Notes: generated from the sequence alone by a model not told the origin. Positions 1-11,027 are shown, numbered from the stretch's first letter. The stretch: DNA of 64,000 bases from Antedon mediterranea (GCF_964355755.1 NC_092676.1:1865788-1929787); one strand, 5' to 3'. A program made the numbers and translations.

Positions 1-99
1 TGAACAAAGGACTATGGCATTGCATTGTGAGCTCCATCTTAGATGATGAGGATATTATTCAGATGGAATAATTCTCATTTAATTATTTTTGTTTTTTAG

Positions 100-309
<210 letters not shown>

Positions 310-323
310 TAGAACCATTCTAT

Positions 324-478
324 AGCTCTGTCTACACTATCAAACAATTTGACAAAAAAAAGTGTGATGTGCCCAAACATGGTAGTGATATACCCAAATA
401 TGGTAGTGATATGACATGTCCATATATAGGCACACATCACATTTGTTTCACATAAAGTTTGATAGTGTAGACAGAGCT
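324..478. mobile_element. PIF/Harbinger-type (Tourist-like) MITE, family A; about 11 copies in the window
   Basis: TIR agctctgtctacactatcaaac...gtttgatagtgtagacagagct. Other copies at about 15433-15532 (partial), 24506-24623, 25085-25243, 33097-33256, 44241-44421, 46008-46084 (partial), 53540-53697, 53954-54101, 60100-60243 and 61079-61206. TTA target duplication is clear at 33097 and 53540. Confidence 0.85.
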
Positions 479-599
479 TATGCCTATGTGTTGTACTGTA
501 AAGTGAGATACGAGACAGACATTCTGAATTGCTTCTGACATTGGATTGGAGTAAAGATTCTTCAATTTTTTTAATTTTTGGATCATAATTGTTTTTCAG

Positions 600-719
600 G
601 TCCAAATGGAAGTAAATGTACGATTTGTTCAAGATGTACTTAAAGGAGATAACCAGACAGAAATTAAAGTAAAATTTATCAAACGGTTAGAAGATGCACT
701 CCCAGCAGGAGAGGAGTGA
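600..719 (+). CDS. TRAPPC3: TRAPPC3 last coding exon
   Basis: Acceptor tttttcag at 598-599, phase 0. VQMEVNVRFVQDVLKGDNQTEIKVKFIKRLEDALPAGEE* matches the BET3 C-terminus (LPAGEE). Confidence 0.95.
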   Translation, partial: VQMEVNVRFVQDVLKGDNQTEIKVKFIKRLEDALPAGEE

Positions 720-879
720 GGTGAATGAAGTGTTACCTCTCAACAACTCAACTATATTATCATTATTTGTACTATGATTATTGCACTTTACCTAATATGT
801 GCATTACTATAGTATATAATACCCCAATTATTAAAACCAGTTGTGCACCTAAGATTTGTAAAATGGGTGTGTACTGATG

Positions 880-1242
880 ATGAAACCACACCCAAAATGC
901 AGCACTAGTGATGATTTGAGACCACACCCAAAATGGTTTAAACAGCACTATTGATGATTGAGACCACACCCAAAATGGTTGAAACAGCACTAGTGATGAT
1001 TTGAGACCACACCCAAAATGGTTTAAACTGCACTAGTGATGATTGAGACCACACCCAATCTCATCTAATATGGTTGGAACCACACCTAAAATGGTTGAGA
1101 CCACATCCAAAATGGTTGAGACCACATCCAAAATGGTTTAGACCACATCCAAAATGCATTAAACTGCACTACTGATGATTGAGACCTCACCTAAAATGGT
1201 TGCGACCACACCTAAAATGGTTAAGACCACACCCAAAATGGC
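880..1242 (+). repeat. Degenerate tandem repeat (gagaccacacccaaaatggtt core) downstream of the TRAPPC3 stop
   Basis: More than 10 copies of the core with units of about 20 and about 40 bp. Confidence 0.85.
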
Positions 1243-1776
1243 TGGGATTAAGATGTATATTTATTTATGTGGTTTGAAATTTCCCAAATGCTCAAAAATT
1301 TCAGGATTCTTCCACAACAAATTGAGGATGTCATTTTATTTAAAATAAGTAAGAAAATAAAGAAAACTAGAAGATCATATTTATCATTAATAGTAAAGTT
1401 AAATCTCTTTCTGTTTTTAAAACAAAAATCAATAATATGATTATTCCTCCCTCATTCTGTTTTATTTAAGATGTCACCATTTTAATAAATATGTAAATGC
1501 AAAAAAAAAACATATAAAATATTATAATTATGTAAAATATTGTTTTTCCGATTGTATTTGGAGAAAAGTAAAAATAAAAGATAAATGGTCAAGTCTACAT
1601 TATAGTTATATTGTTATAAGCCTAGTAGTAGGTTTAGAATTGTCTAAGCTTACTTCTAAATTTAAAGAGCAGCGCTTGCACATATACACATATATTTAAT
1701 ATTCGAATTTATATAAAAAAACACTAAATATACGGTTTATAATAGAATAATCATTTTAATGATATTACTATTAAAT

Positions 1777-1952
1777 TAGACTTGCCCCAAGTCTGTATTT
1801 ATTGTCTTTTTTTATATTTATTTGTTTTTATTTCGACCGCGATTTTCTCTGAGTATCCAAACTCAAGTAATACACGTATGAAACGCCATATGTGCAAAAA
1901 TATTTATATTTTTACTAATATTAAGACAAAACTCCGTCTGGAGCCCAGACTA
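1777..1952 (-). mobile_element. Short non-autonomous DNA transposon (TAG...CTA ends, 9-bp TSD; AcademH-like), deletion derivative of 8382-9478
   Basis: Flanked by ctattaaat on both sides (1768-1776 and 1953-1961). Its ends are the reverse complement of the ends of the 8382-9478 element. Confidence 0.8.
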
Positions 1953-2550
1953 CTATTAAATGTACAAATATTTTAAGTTTCCCCAGTTGATGATTTTTTA
2001 AAGGTCGCCCTCTATTGGTAGAACCAAGGCAATAACAACATAATGCTTATAGCCCCAAAAATCAAAGCAGGGACGAGTTGTTATCAACTCCCTGATCAAA
2101 GTGTTTATCTGTGGCTGCGACACGATCAGTTACACGCCCCTTAACAGACACCGCGTAGAATATGTACATAGTACAGTACTGTTGGTATTTGTCGCAGCCA
2201 GACATAAGATCAAAGGACTGTTACAAGTATCTTGGTCAGGTGTGCTCAGTTGCCTTAGTAGAATCATACGCAACACATTTTACCAAACAATGAGACCAAT
2301 ATTATTATAAAAACGGAATAAAACTACATTTTTTCATTAATTCTGTTACTTTCCATTTTTTTAATGTCTAGAATGCCAAACTCCATATTTCGTTATGATA
2401 AAATCCTGAATCTTACAAATTTCAAGAAGTCCGTTTATAATGTACAAGTAATATACTTGGCACATTTAAAGTATTTACAGCAGCATTAAAATATATTGGC
2501 CCAAAGATTTTGAATTCCTCCCTTTTACAAAATATATAATGTGTATATCT

Positions 2551-4635
2551 TTAATTGTCTTCAATCTGAACAACATGGTCAGCATCAGAATGTAGTTCAC
2601 TTTCACCACGAATTGGTTCCTCTGATCGTGGACTACATTGGTTGATTTCTGCATATACAATGGTGCTTGCTTGAGATATAGGAGATTGTTGGACGTTATT
2701 AGGCACACTTGCTGCAGGTATATCTCTTGCAGTAGCTGCATCATTCACCGGTGGTACACTATGTTGTATATTACTGCTTCCTCTTCCATCTGTTGTATCT
2801 ATTGGTGGCACGACTTTGTTCGATTGTTGACCGGTTTGGTTACCTTGAATAGGTATTCTTCTCGGATCCCTTGGTGTTGTTGTTTTGCTTCTTATCCGAT
2901 CTCTTTCACCTCGAGTTTTCCGTTTCTTGTATAAATTCTGTTGAGATGATGCACCTATTACATCACTAGCGTTGTTTGAGTTCGGGTGTACTCTATCTCT
3001 TCTGCGATGGTGGTATGAAGCCAAATTACGCATTTTATCGGTGGACGAATTTCGCTGATATTTATGTTGTCTGTGTCTGCTGTGGTTGTTGTTGTACTGC
3101 GATATATGTGGGACTTTCGATCTGTGATGACGATTACGTGTAGCACTCCTATGTGTACTAGACGAGTTATTAGCTTCTGGACTTGTCCTCAAAGATGAAT
3201 GTCCACTGTCAGTCAATGGACGAGTGCTCTCGCTGGAATATCGATGTTTGCGGCGTGTAGAGGAGGACGGGGTTTCCGTAAGGTCACCACGAATGGCTCT
3301 TGTAACGTATTCACTGCCTCTCAAACCACTAACGTTGACATACCGTTGTGAGTACGGGCGTCGATCGACGGTAAAGACTTGCTGCTGCTGTTTTGGAGGT
3401 ATGTTCTTATTGGCAGCATGCGTTTTATTTTGATTTTGTTCACGCTTTTTCTTAAAGTAAACATTACAAATAATTATTAACATTAAACCTCCTATTCCCA
3501 AACATCCTATAATCAAAATTAAGTACCAGTCACTTTCTGATGATTCAGCAGTATTGTCTCCTTCATTTTCAAATCGAATCCTTCCGGTAGCAATTGACGC
3601 TCCAATTGCGTTCTCGATTTCGCAGACAACATTCGTACCGTCGTCTGCGCTGATAATTTGATATATTGTAAGTTCGTTCGACACACTTGAAATTGTTCTT
3701 ATTGAAAATCTATCTGAACTTGTGCTAATAATGTTACCTGCCATGAACCATGTGAATGTGACGTTAACTGGGTACGCATCTATGGCAGAACAAGTAAATG
3801 ATATGACGTCATTCTGGTTAGAGATAACAGCCAGTATCGGATCCAGATTGACATAGGGTCTGAAACTAACGTGTAATGGTTGGAATAAGCATGATGTTTG
3901 TACCTCAAGACCTCCACCAGAAGCAAAGCATGCATACTCAGCTTCATGGTGATCTCGTTGTAAATTAAGCGTCATTTTAAGGTTTATGGTGTACTCACTT
4001 GCGGTATAAGTTGTCGAGCTCATTGCTAATGTTTCAAACCCTGTGGAAGTTTTCTGTTTTAGCTCTAACTTTTCACCTGATAGAGACGCCTGTTTAAAAG
4101 CACACACAACGTCTAATTGCTCATCAAGTAACACAGTTCCAGTTCTGCTTATCAAACATGTTGGGAAATTACTTATAGGAATTGGTGTGACACTAACAGT
4201 CATACTGACACTTTCAAGAACACCGTTCTCGTCATCCACTAACGCGCATACGTAAACGCCAGCGTCGTCAGCAGAAACGAACGGTATTCGCAAGTCGTAA
4301 CTTCCCGATTCGTACCCGCCGAATACCTGCCACTGGCGTGGAATCGTGCCTCCTTCGACGGCTGTAATAGTTCCAAAAGACCATTGTAGCAGATATTTCT
4401 TACTAATAACAGTACTTGGTGTGAATGTACACATAATATATAGCGTGTCCTCTTCTGCTATGTTGATGCTGTCAGGGAAGACGTCTAAGCCACCTGACGT
4501 TAGGCCTATCTTTAGGCATAGCATTACTATCAGAAATAAAAAACAGTTCGTAATACAGCATTTTGATTCTTCGATGTAATTATCTATCTTTCTCCGTTTT
4601 CTAATCCTATAAAAACCACTGTATTTAGGTAACAT
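2551..4635 (-). CDS. Ig-superfamily type I membrane receptor 1 (V-type + 2 Ig, TM, long tail with ITIM-like IVYAEI); single coding exon
   Basis: First ATG at 4635 (frame open from 4731). Hydrophobic signal CFLFLIVMLCLKIG; C...W...DDAGVYVC; two further Cys-paired Ig domains; TM WYLILIIGCLGIGGLMLIIICNVYF followed by KKKR. Confidence 0.88.
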   Translation of the reverse strand: MLPKYSGFYRIRKRRKIDNYIEESKCCITNCFLFLIVMLCLKIGLTSGGLDVFPDSINIAEEDTLYIMCTFTPSTVISKKYLLQWSFGTITAVEGGTIPRQWQVFGGYESGSYDLRIPFVSADDAGVYVCALVDDENGVLESVSMTVSVTPIPISNFPTCLISRTGTVLLDEQLDVVCAFKQASLSGEKLELKQKTSTGFETLAMSSTTYTASEYTINLKMTLNLQRDHHEAEYACFASGGGLEVQTSCLFQPLHVSFRPYVNLDPILAVISNQNDVISFTCSAIDAYPVNVTFTWFMAGNIISTSSDRFSIRTISSVSNELTIYQIISADDGTNVVCEIENAIGASIATGRIRFENEGDNTAESSESDWYLILIIGCLGIGGLMLIIICNVYFKKKREQNQNKTHAANKNIPPKQQQQVFTVDRRPYSQRYVNVSGLRGSEYVTRAIRGDLTETPSSSTRRKHRYSSESTRPLTDSGHSSLRTSPEANNSSSTHRSATRNRHHRSKVPHISQYNNNHSRHRQHKYQRNSSTDKMRNLASYHHRRRDRVHPNSNNASDVIGASSQQNLYKKRKTRGERDRIRSKTTTPRDPRRIPIQGNQTGQQSNKVVPPIDTTDGRGSSNIQHSVPPVNDAATARDIPAASVPNNVQQSPISQASTIVYAEINQCSPRSEEPIRGESELHSDADHVVQIEDN

Positions 4636-5574
4636 TTCATCATTTGTTTGAATGAAAAGGCTGAGACAAGCGATCCATGACGAATGGCGGTAGGGGATGA
4701 CGCTATAGCGTTTATTGCCATGGCAAACCAACTTAGTATTGATTAGCTTCTAAACAACAGCAGTGCGAAAAATGTTCAACGGTTGAATATGACAGACATT
4801 TTGAAAAGAATCAATTCTTTAGATCTCTAAAATATTTCACATTTTTTCTATTTCATTGTTGTTTTTTTTTAAATTCAAAATAAAATTAATATCGCATACA
4901 CCCCAAATAACTACTGTCGGATAAAAAACGAACTTAATAATAACCTTTTCGAAAGGTGTTTTAAAGCGAGTGGAACAAAGCAAAGGGCTTTATTGATTTC
5001 CGTAATGTCTGCATGTGTATACATAAGACATTTGTGTCAATAGGCCAATTGTAAAATATAATTGCATATAACTCTCTCACACAGTAGGCAGACCATTGAG
5101 GCAGTTATTTTATACCTCCATGGGTACACCAGAATTCCGTGCGTCCTCAAAACGAACTCATTACGTAGGAGGAGCGTATATTTTCTTATAGGCCTACTTA
5201 TAAAACAGATTAGTTTCAAAATGTAGTGTAGGCTATATTGGCCTGCGTGTTGAATTTGCATTTCCAACAGAAAGATATAATCTGCCTTCCTTTTTGGAAA
5301 AGATGAACATTTTTTGATCATTACAACAATAATGTGACGTGGTAAAGTTACCAAGACAATTTATAATTCCGGTGATCTTCTTCATTCCTCCTCCATCAAT
5401 AATGGTAGGTTCCATCAAACTCCTAGGCAACAGTAATGAGTGCGCGCCACGGGTATGGAACGTCAATGTATTGCGTGCTGGGTGTGCCATACCTCGGTAC
5501 ATCAACAGATTGGGAAAATACAGCACATTAACACAATTGAAGGTGATAATTTAAACAATAAAATGTCAGGGATG

Positions 5575-5784
5575 AAAAATATATTTCAGCGATCCGATTT
5601 CTGTATTCTGTAACCTCCGAGGCCTGGAAGGGCCGATGCTCTACGACGGGTCAGGGTTGACATCTGCGCTGAAGACAGAGGGCCCTACTGCAATCGACAC
5701 GTGATGTCAGTCAAAACCTGCCGCTGGAACACGGATCCGCCAGGAAGCGGACGCACAGACGACAGCAAAACCACTCAGATCACC
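5575..5784 (-). ncRNA. Structured ncRNA gene 1 of an unassigned family (putative Pol III type-3 promoter)
   Basis: GC-rich island. 5' GGUGAUCUG pairs with 3' CGGAUCGCU using G-U wobbles that work only on the minus strand, followed by GAAAUAUAUUUUU. TATA lies 25 nt upstream and a PSE-like motif near -67. Confidence 0.7.
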
Positions 5785-5808
5785 TATACAGCATTATGTG
5801 ACTGTATT

Positions 5809-5856
5809 CTATATAAATATAAATAACATTGTATTGTTGCCGCATTGGTGTTGAAT
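5809..5856 (-). promoter_or_regulatory. PSE-like element plus TATA box of ncRNA gene 1; equivalents at 7448-7496, 8077-8124 and 10124-10171
   Basis: Minus-strand motif attcRacacc...caacaa(t/a)a. Its plus-strand tYgaat begins 67, 68, 67 and 67 nt from the four predicted +1 G residues. A TATA-like atag ends 25 nt before +1. Confidence 0.65.
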
Positions 5857-6842
5857 ACATTACATAATATTCATAAACCTAGCCTACATTTTAAACATGT
5901 TCTGTTTATTAAATAAATAATATTTTTGATAATTTTAGAAAGTAACCCAATGTCTCCTTTTGTTAAAACACACATTATTAAATATAAGAACATAACTTAT
6001 ATTAACTCTTAATCATTTTCGGTGTAGGCCTATAGGAAACAATTATATAATGTTAAAAGTCAGAATGGACCATTCCAAACAAAGGGAAGTCACATAGGTT
6101 TAAAACTTGGGTCCCACACAATAGTAACCTACTTAATCAGGCTCAATACATTTGGATAGTATAATAATTATAGTAGTACAAGAAAACAAATTTAAATGTT
6201 CTCAACTTACTCACTAGTATAGAGTCGGTTTTTAACCGGAAATATCTACTAGTGTAGGAAATTTTCTGTGCAATTATCAATTATGTAGATATTACGAGGT
6301 TCAATAGAAGACGGATGGAGTGCATGTCCACAAAAAAAATGTTTAAAATAAAAAAATATAAAATATTTATCGAATACAACCTAATATCGAAATAATACAT
6401 TTCAACTTCTTTTTCATACGTCAGAAATGTCTACATAGCTAATAATTCGATAATAATGTTTGCTATAGAGTGGCACGAATAGGCTTTCGTAGTTTTAACA
6501 GTAAAGGTATGGAAAGGCAAATACGACATAAACAGAGTACGCTAACTGATATTTGATTTATAAGACTAAACTTCTTTTATTTACTTTAAACGTCTTTATG
6601 TATACTAGATTATATTTTGCCAATATTTACGATCTCTGGATGACCGAGACACAACTGGTGCTGACCAGAGTTCAATTTAGACCTACCCTGGCGAGAGCGC
6701 ATCCTATCACATTCACATGGCATTGTTTCTCTCTTAGTTTCGATGTACAGCGCTTATTAGAGGTTTCACAACATATGATGCAGTATATTGTTATTATAGG
6801 CAATGACTATATAACATTATTTAAAAATAGCAAACGTTTATT

Positions 6843-6925
6843 TTATCAAAATTTGTTATCAAAGTTGTTTTGGTTCGCAGCACACTCTGTTGTAATTGAC
6901 AACGTTCACAACATAAGATTGCGCC
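6843..6925 (-). pseudogene. Remnant of the 3' end of an Ig receptor paralog (similar to gene 2 C-terminus)
   Basis: ttgacaacgttcacaacataagat here versus ttgacaacgttcacaatataagat at 11160-11183. It encodes SYVVNVVN versus SYIVNVVN in gene 2. Confidence 0.6.
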
Positions 6926-7174
6926 TGTGTAATACTATTCCACTCATATAATTAATATTACCAAATATGCCTACTACACATTAAACAGGACAAAGAAGAA
7001 ATCTTTATTTTACATCAGTATTCTACATTTGGCAAACAAACATTGAAATGGAAAATGGTTTGTGTTTTTATCTTATCATCTAAAAATGTTATAATAATTA
7101 TTTGTCAATTATTTATTGCTGCCAGATTGGTTGGGTGAGAGGAATGTTGTATGCATTTTTTAACAATTTTCTAC

Positions 7175-7423
7175 AAAAATGGTTTCAGTGATCCAAGTGA
7201 CAAACTAGTCCAAACCTTCTCACCTTGTGTCCTCCTTTAAGGCCTGGTGGAATCGGCTTTTATTCTTGCTTGGTGCATGCAGAACGCATACGTCCTATCC
7301 TAGCTAGTGACGTGGTTGTATGCCAGCAGAAGGGGAAATCCTGAGTTTTGATGCCACCAGGAGCGGCCGACTAGGACACCTTACAATCTTTCCAATACTC
7401 TCGTAAATGTCACTTGAACCACC
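7175..7423 (-). ncRNA. Structured ncRNA gene 2 of the same family
   Basis: GGUGGUUCAAGUGA/UCACUUGGAUCACU 14-bp terminal stem. Internal helices GUGUCCU/AGGACAC and CCUGGUGG/CCACCAGG. Tail GAAACCAUUUUU. TATAAATA and PSE-like motif upstream. Confidence 0.75.
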
Positions 7424-7842
7424 TGACTTTATTCAACGTTAATCATTCTATTTATAGGCATTAAAGGTGTATTTTGTTGGTAAATAGGTGTTGAATTTAA
7501 TACTTATTAAATAATAATAATCTTTCATTCGAATGTACAGCAATTAATTATGAAGTTTTTTGCACATTTTACAAATAGAAATGTATAAATAATATCTGCC
7601 TTTAGAAAAATTGGAAAAATATCTTTTGTGTGAACATGAAATGGCTTACTGTATTAACAAATGTTAACAAGAATTCAAGATTATCGTTACTCAAAATGGC
7701 ATAATTAACGTTGATTGACGCGGGGTACGACGGACACATAAAAAGAGATGAGGTATAATCAAATGTCATTTTATTTATTTTCTTGACAAAAATAAATTGG
7801 TTGAGAGGATTAATTGCATGTAAGCATTTTAGTAGAAGAGAA

Positions 7843-8052
7843 AAAAAGTGGTTTCAATGATCCAAGCTAGAACAAACCTCTCTTCGTCCTGTGTCCTCCT
7901 TTAAGGCCTGACGGAAATGTGGGTGACGGGAGTTGACGCCGAACGCCCTCTGGTATTCGTCGTATCCTTCCGCCTACCAAACACCGCACAGGAGCGGCCA
8001 CTAGACACCTTACAAGCTTTTCGGAACTCTCGTAAATGCCACCTGAACCACC
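7843..8052 (-). ncRNA. Structured ncRNA gene 3 of the same family
   Basis: GGUGGUUCAGGU/GCUUGGAUCAUU terminal stem; its changes relative to gene 2 preserve pairing. Helices GUGUCU/GGACAC and CCUG/CAGG. Tail GAAACCAC-U7. Same promoter spacing. Confidence 0.75.
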
Positions 8053-8381
8053 TGAGTCTATTGAATGTTAACCATTCTATATATAATCACTACATGTGCA
8101 TATTGTTGGTAATAGGTGTCGAATGAGAACAGCATCCATGTTTAGTTCATTCTTATTAGACCTACAAAGCATTTATCTTTGTTTTAGGCCTACATATTTT
8201 ACAAACAGAAAAGTATAAATAATATCTGCCTTTTTGGGAAAAAAAAAATACTATCTAAATGTTGTGACCATGAAACGAGTAAATTTAATCAGATGAAGGT
8301 ACCATTTCAAAATTGAATAAGGCCTACCATTTCAAAATGAAAGATCGTCGTTACTCAATGGTGTTAATTGACGTGGGGTAC

Positions 8382-9478
8382 TAGTCTGGGTTCCAGACGG
8401 AGTTTTGTCTTAATATTAGTAAAAAGATAAATATTTTGGCACATAATAATAATAATAATAAATAACATTTATAAAGCGCAAGAGACAAAGGTTTCAAAGC
8501 GCTGTGTTTTCCAAGATCAGTGCAAGTAGTAGCGTGCGATTATGCTTCTCTGAAGAGATGAGTTTTGAGTTTAGTTTTAAATGTGATAACAGATTTTGAT
8601 GAGCGTATTTCGAGTGGCGTTTCATACGTATACTACTTGATTTTGGATACTCCGTCTGGGGAAACACGCACAAGTCACGTGGTTTGACACCAAGAATTCT
8701 TGGTGCATACGATTATCCGGTTGACTAGTTTCAGCTGCATGCGATTGGCTACTCACTCGTACACCGTTTTAATATTCATATTTCAGAAGTTCAAAGACTC
8801 AACAACTAAGATGGTGCGCATGCGCTATGTTACGTTTAGACAACGTGTACTTGGTACATTGATGAAAGTTTCTGAAGGCTAGAAATGATTTTATATGGCT
8901 AGTAGTTTGGTAAACATTTGATGGGATTTTTCCCAAGAACATGAAAACTCGTCTTGATAAGATAGGCTGCTTCTCCGCAAATCAAACATTGAATGGATCA
9001 TTTATTACGCGGAGATAATTTGATTTAATTCCCACCCAGACCCTGTCCTGTTCTGTGTAGTGTGTGGTGTAGCTTTGTTGTGTGCCGGTGGCATGTAGGC
9101 CTACTTTATTGGCGTTTTATTTGGCAGGTCATACGTGCGAGTTGAGTAGGACCTACGAAAGAGGCCTAGGCCAATGACTAAACAATTAATAAAAAAACAA
9201 CTTGGCAACACGATTTTATCAACAGTCTCGTCTCGTACATTCAGCACTTTTTCATTTTGAAACAAGATGATCATTGGTTGATTCGAAATCCATATTTACA
9301 TACCGCCCGCCCCATATAGCCAAATACGGTATGATTACCTACGTCATTCTTATCGGACGTTTGCGGTCTACAAATCGATTTCTATACGCGTTTCACAAGT
9401 CTGTATTTTGAGACAAAAATCGCGGTCGCAATAAAAACAAATAAATAAAAAAGAAAATACAGACTTGGGGCAAGTCTA
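8382..9478 (+). mobile_element. Non-autonomous DNA transposon with TAG...CTA termini, terminal hairpins and a 9-bp TSD (AcademH-like)
   Basis: TSD gtggggtac at 8373-8381 and 9479-9487. End hairpins gtctgg-gtt-ccagac and agacttg-ggg-caagtct. Paralogous empty sites near 7720 and 10405. Confidence 0.8.
8446..8614 (-). mobile_element. 5'-truncated L2/CR1-group LINE 3' end nested in the AcademH-like element
   Basis: Minus strand reads FKTKLKTHLFREA* then a short UTR and (ATT)n tail. It is absent from the 1777-1952 copy at the cacata/tggcg junction. Confidence 0.7.
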
Positions 9479-9931
9479 GTGGGGTACAGACACGTCAGGC
9501 AAGTGAAAAACCCTAACACAATAATGTAGGACATCGTAATGTTTTTACTGGAAAAGATGTTCAGCTAATCTTCTTCACTATCACCTTCCATGTCAGAAAA
9601 TGGTAGGTTCCCACCAAACTTAGGTAACATGATAATGATTACCGCGCATGTATGGTATGGAACGCCCGTATGGTATGGAGCGTCAATATGGCATACTAGA
9701 AAAAATGTAGGTTGATCCGCACGTCACAATCTACGCATGTTTGTAACAATTTCACATTATTTAGGCTTAAAATCAATTAGTTTGTGAGCATTCAAAGAAT
9801 GAAACCTAATTTTCTCTTAGGCCTAATAAGTTTTACTTAGACTTTGTTGACAAAAATAGATTGGTTGGGTGAGAGCATTATTGCATGTAAGCATTTTATT
9901 TATTTTTAAGTGAAGAGAAAAAAATGTATAC

Positions 9932-10099
9932 AAAAGGTGTCTTCAGCAATTCAAGGAGCTCCGGGGCAGGTGAGTGGGAAACGTCGGATACCATGGCCAG
10001 TGGCGTCCTCCGTCGCCGGTAACTCTTCGAAATCCTCGCCAGGAGCAAGGAGGAGGCGGGGCGGCCGGCCGACCTTAGACAACCCTCACTTGAACCACC
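9932..10099 (-). ncRNA. Structured ncRNA gene 4 of the same family
   Basis: GGUGGUUCAAG/CUUGAAUUGCU terminal stem. Helices GUGAG/CUCAC, GUCGG/CCGAC, GGCCGG/CUGGCC and UCCUCC/GGAGGA. Tail GAAGACACCUUUU plus a second T7 run. Same promoter spacing. Confidence 0.75.
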
Positions 10100-11026
10100 T
10101 GTCTTTAGTGGATGTTAACCATTCTATATCTAATCAGTACAACAGTATATTGTTGGTAATAGGTGTCGAATATAGTACAACATCCATGTTTAGTTTGCTA
10201 GCATTTACATAATTTACAAACAGAAAAGTATACTAATCTGCCTTTTTTGGAAAAGATGAAAAACTATCTAAATTTTGTGACCATGAAACGACGTAGCTAC
10301 TTAACAAAGTTTAATTAGATGAAGGTACCATTTCAAAATTGAAGTAGGTCTACTGTTTCAAAATGGAAGATCACTCAACACTACAGGGCATTGATGTTGA
10401 TTGACGTGGGATAGGCCTACAGACATGCAAGTGATAAAATACAATAATGTAGGAAATGATAATGTTTTTACCGGATAAGATGCTAATCTTCTTCACCTTC
10501 CATGTCAGAAAATGGTAGGTTCCCACCAAACTCAGGTAACATGATATGATTACCGTCCATGTATGGTATGGAACGCCCGTATGGTATGGAGCGTCAATAT
10601 GGCATACCAGATGACCATGTGTGTCATAATTTTAATTTTTAACTGAAAAAATGTAGGTTGATTGGCACGTCACAGTACCAAATATTATTCGATTTATCTA
10701 CGCATGTTTGTAACAATTTCAAATGTTTTATTTAGGCTCAAAATCAATTCAAAAGAATGAAACCTTTTTGTCTTAGGCCTAATACGTTTTACTTAGGCTT
10801 AAAATCTGTTGGTTTTGTGAGAATCCAAAGGCTGAAACTTTGACGCATTTTTCTCGTAAGCCCAATAAGTGTTTACATTATTTTATTGTCGAAATTAACC
10901 ATTAAAAGTGATAATGACAAATATCAAAGCAGAAGGTTCCAATTCTTTGGAGAACAAAGTTCTTGTCTCACAGTGGCTTTCTACCTGAGAGTCAGTGGTT
11001 TCGATTAATACAGTTTTCTTTAGTTT

Positions 11027-11027
11027 A

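Noticed and set aside
5575-5784. ncRNA gene 1 as telomerase RNA (UCAACCCUGAC, U-rich tract, downstream ACA)
   Set aside because: The template-like string has mismatches to CUAACCCUAAC, lies 3' of the U-rich tract, and is absent from the paralogs.
7917-10212. Plus-strand ORFs 7917-8126 and 9910-10212 sharing HLNHLSL..VNHSI
   Set aside because: The similarity reflects the duplicated ncRNA 5' end and promoter. The third copy is interrupted, and G-U pairing favours a minus-strand RNA.
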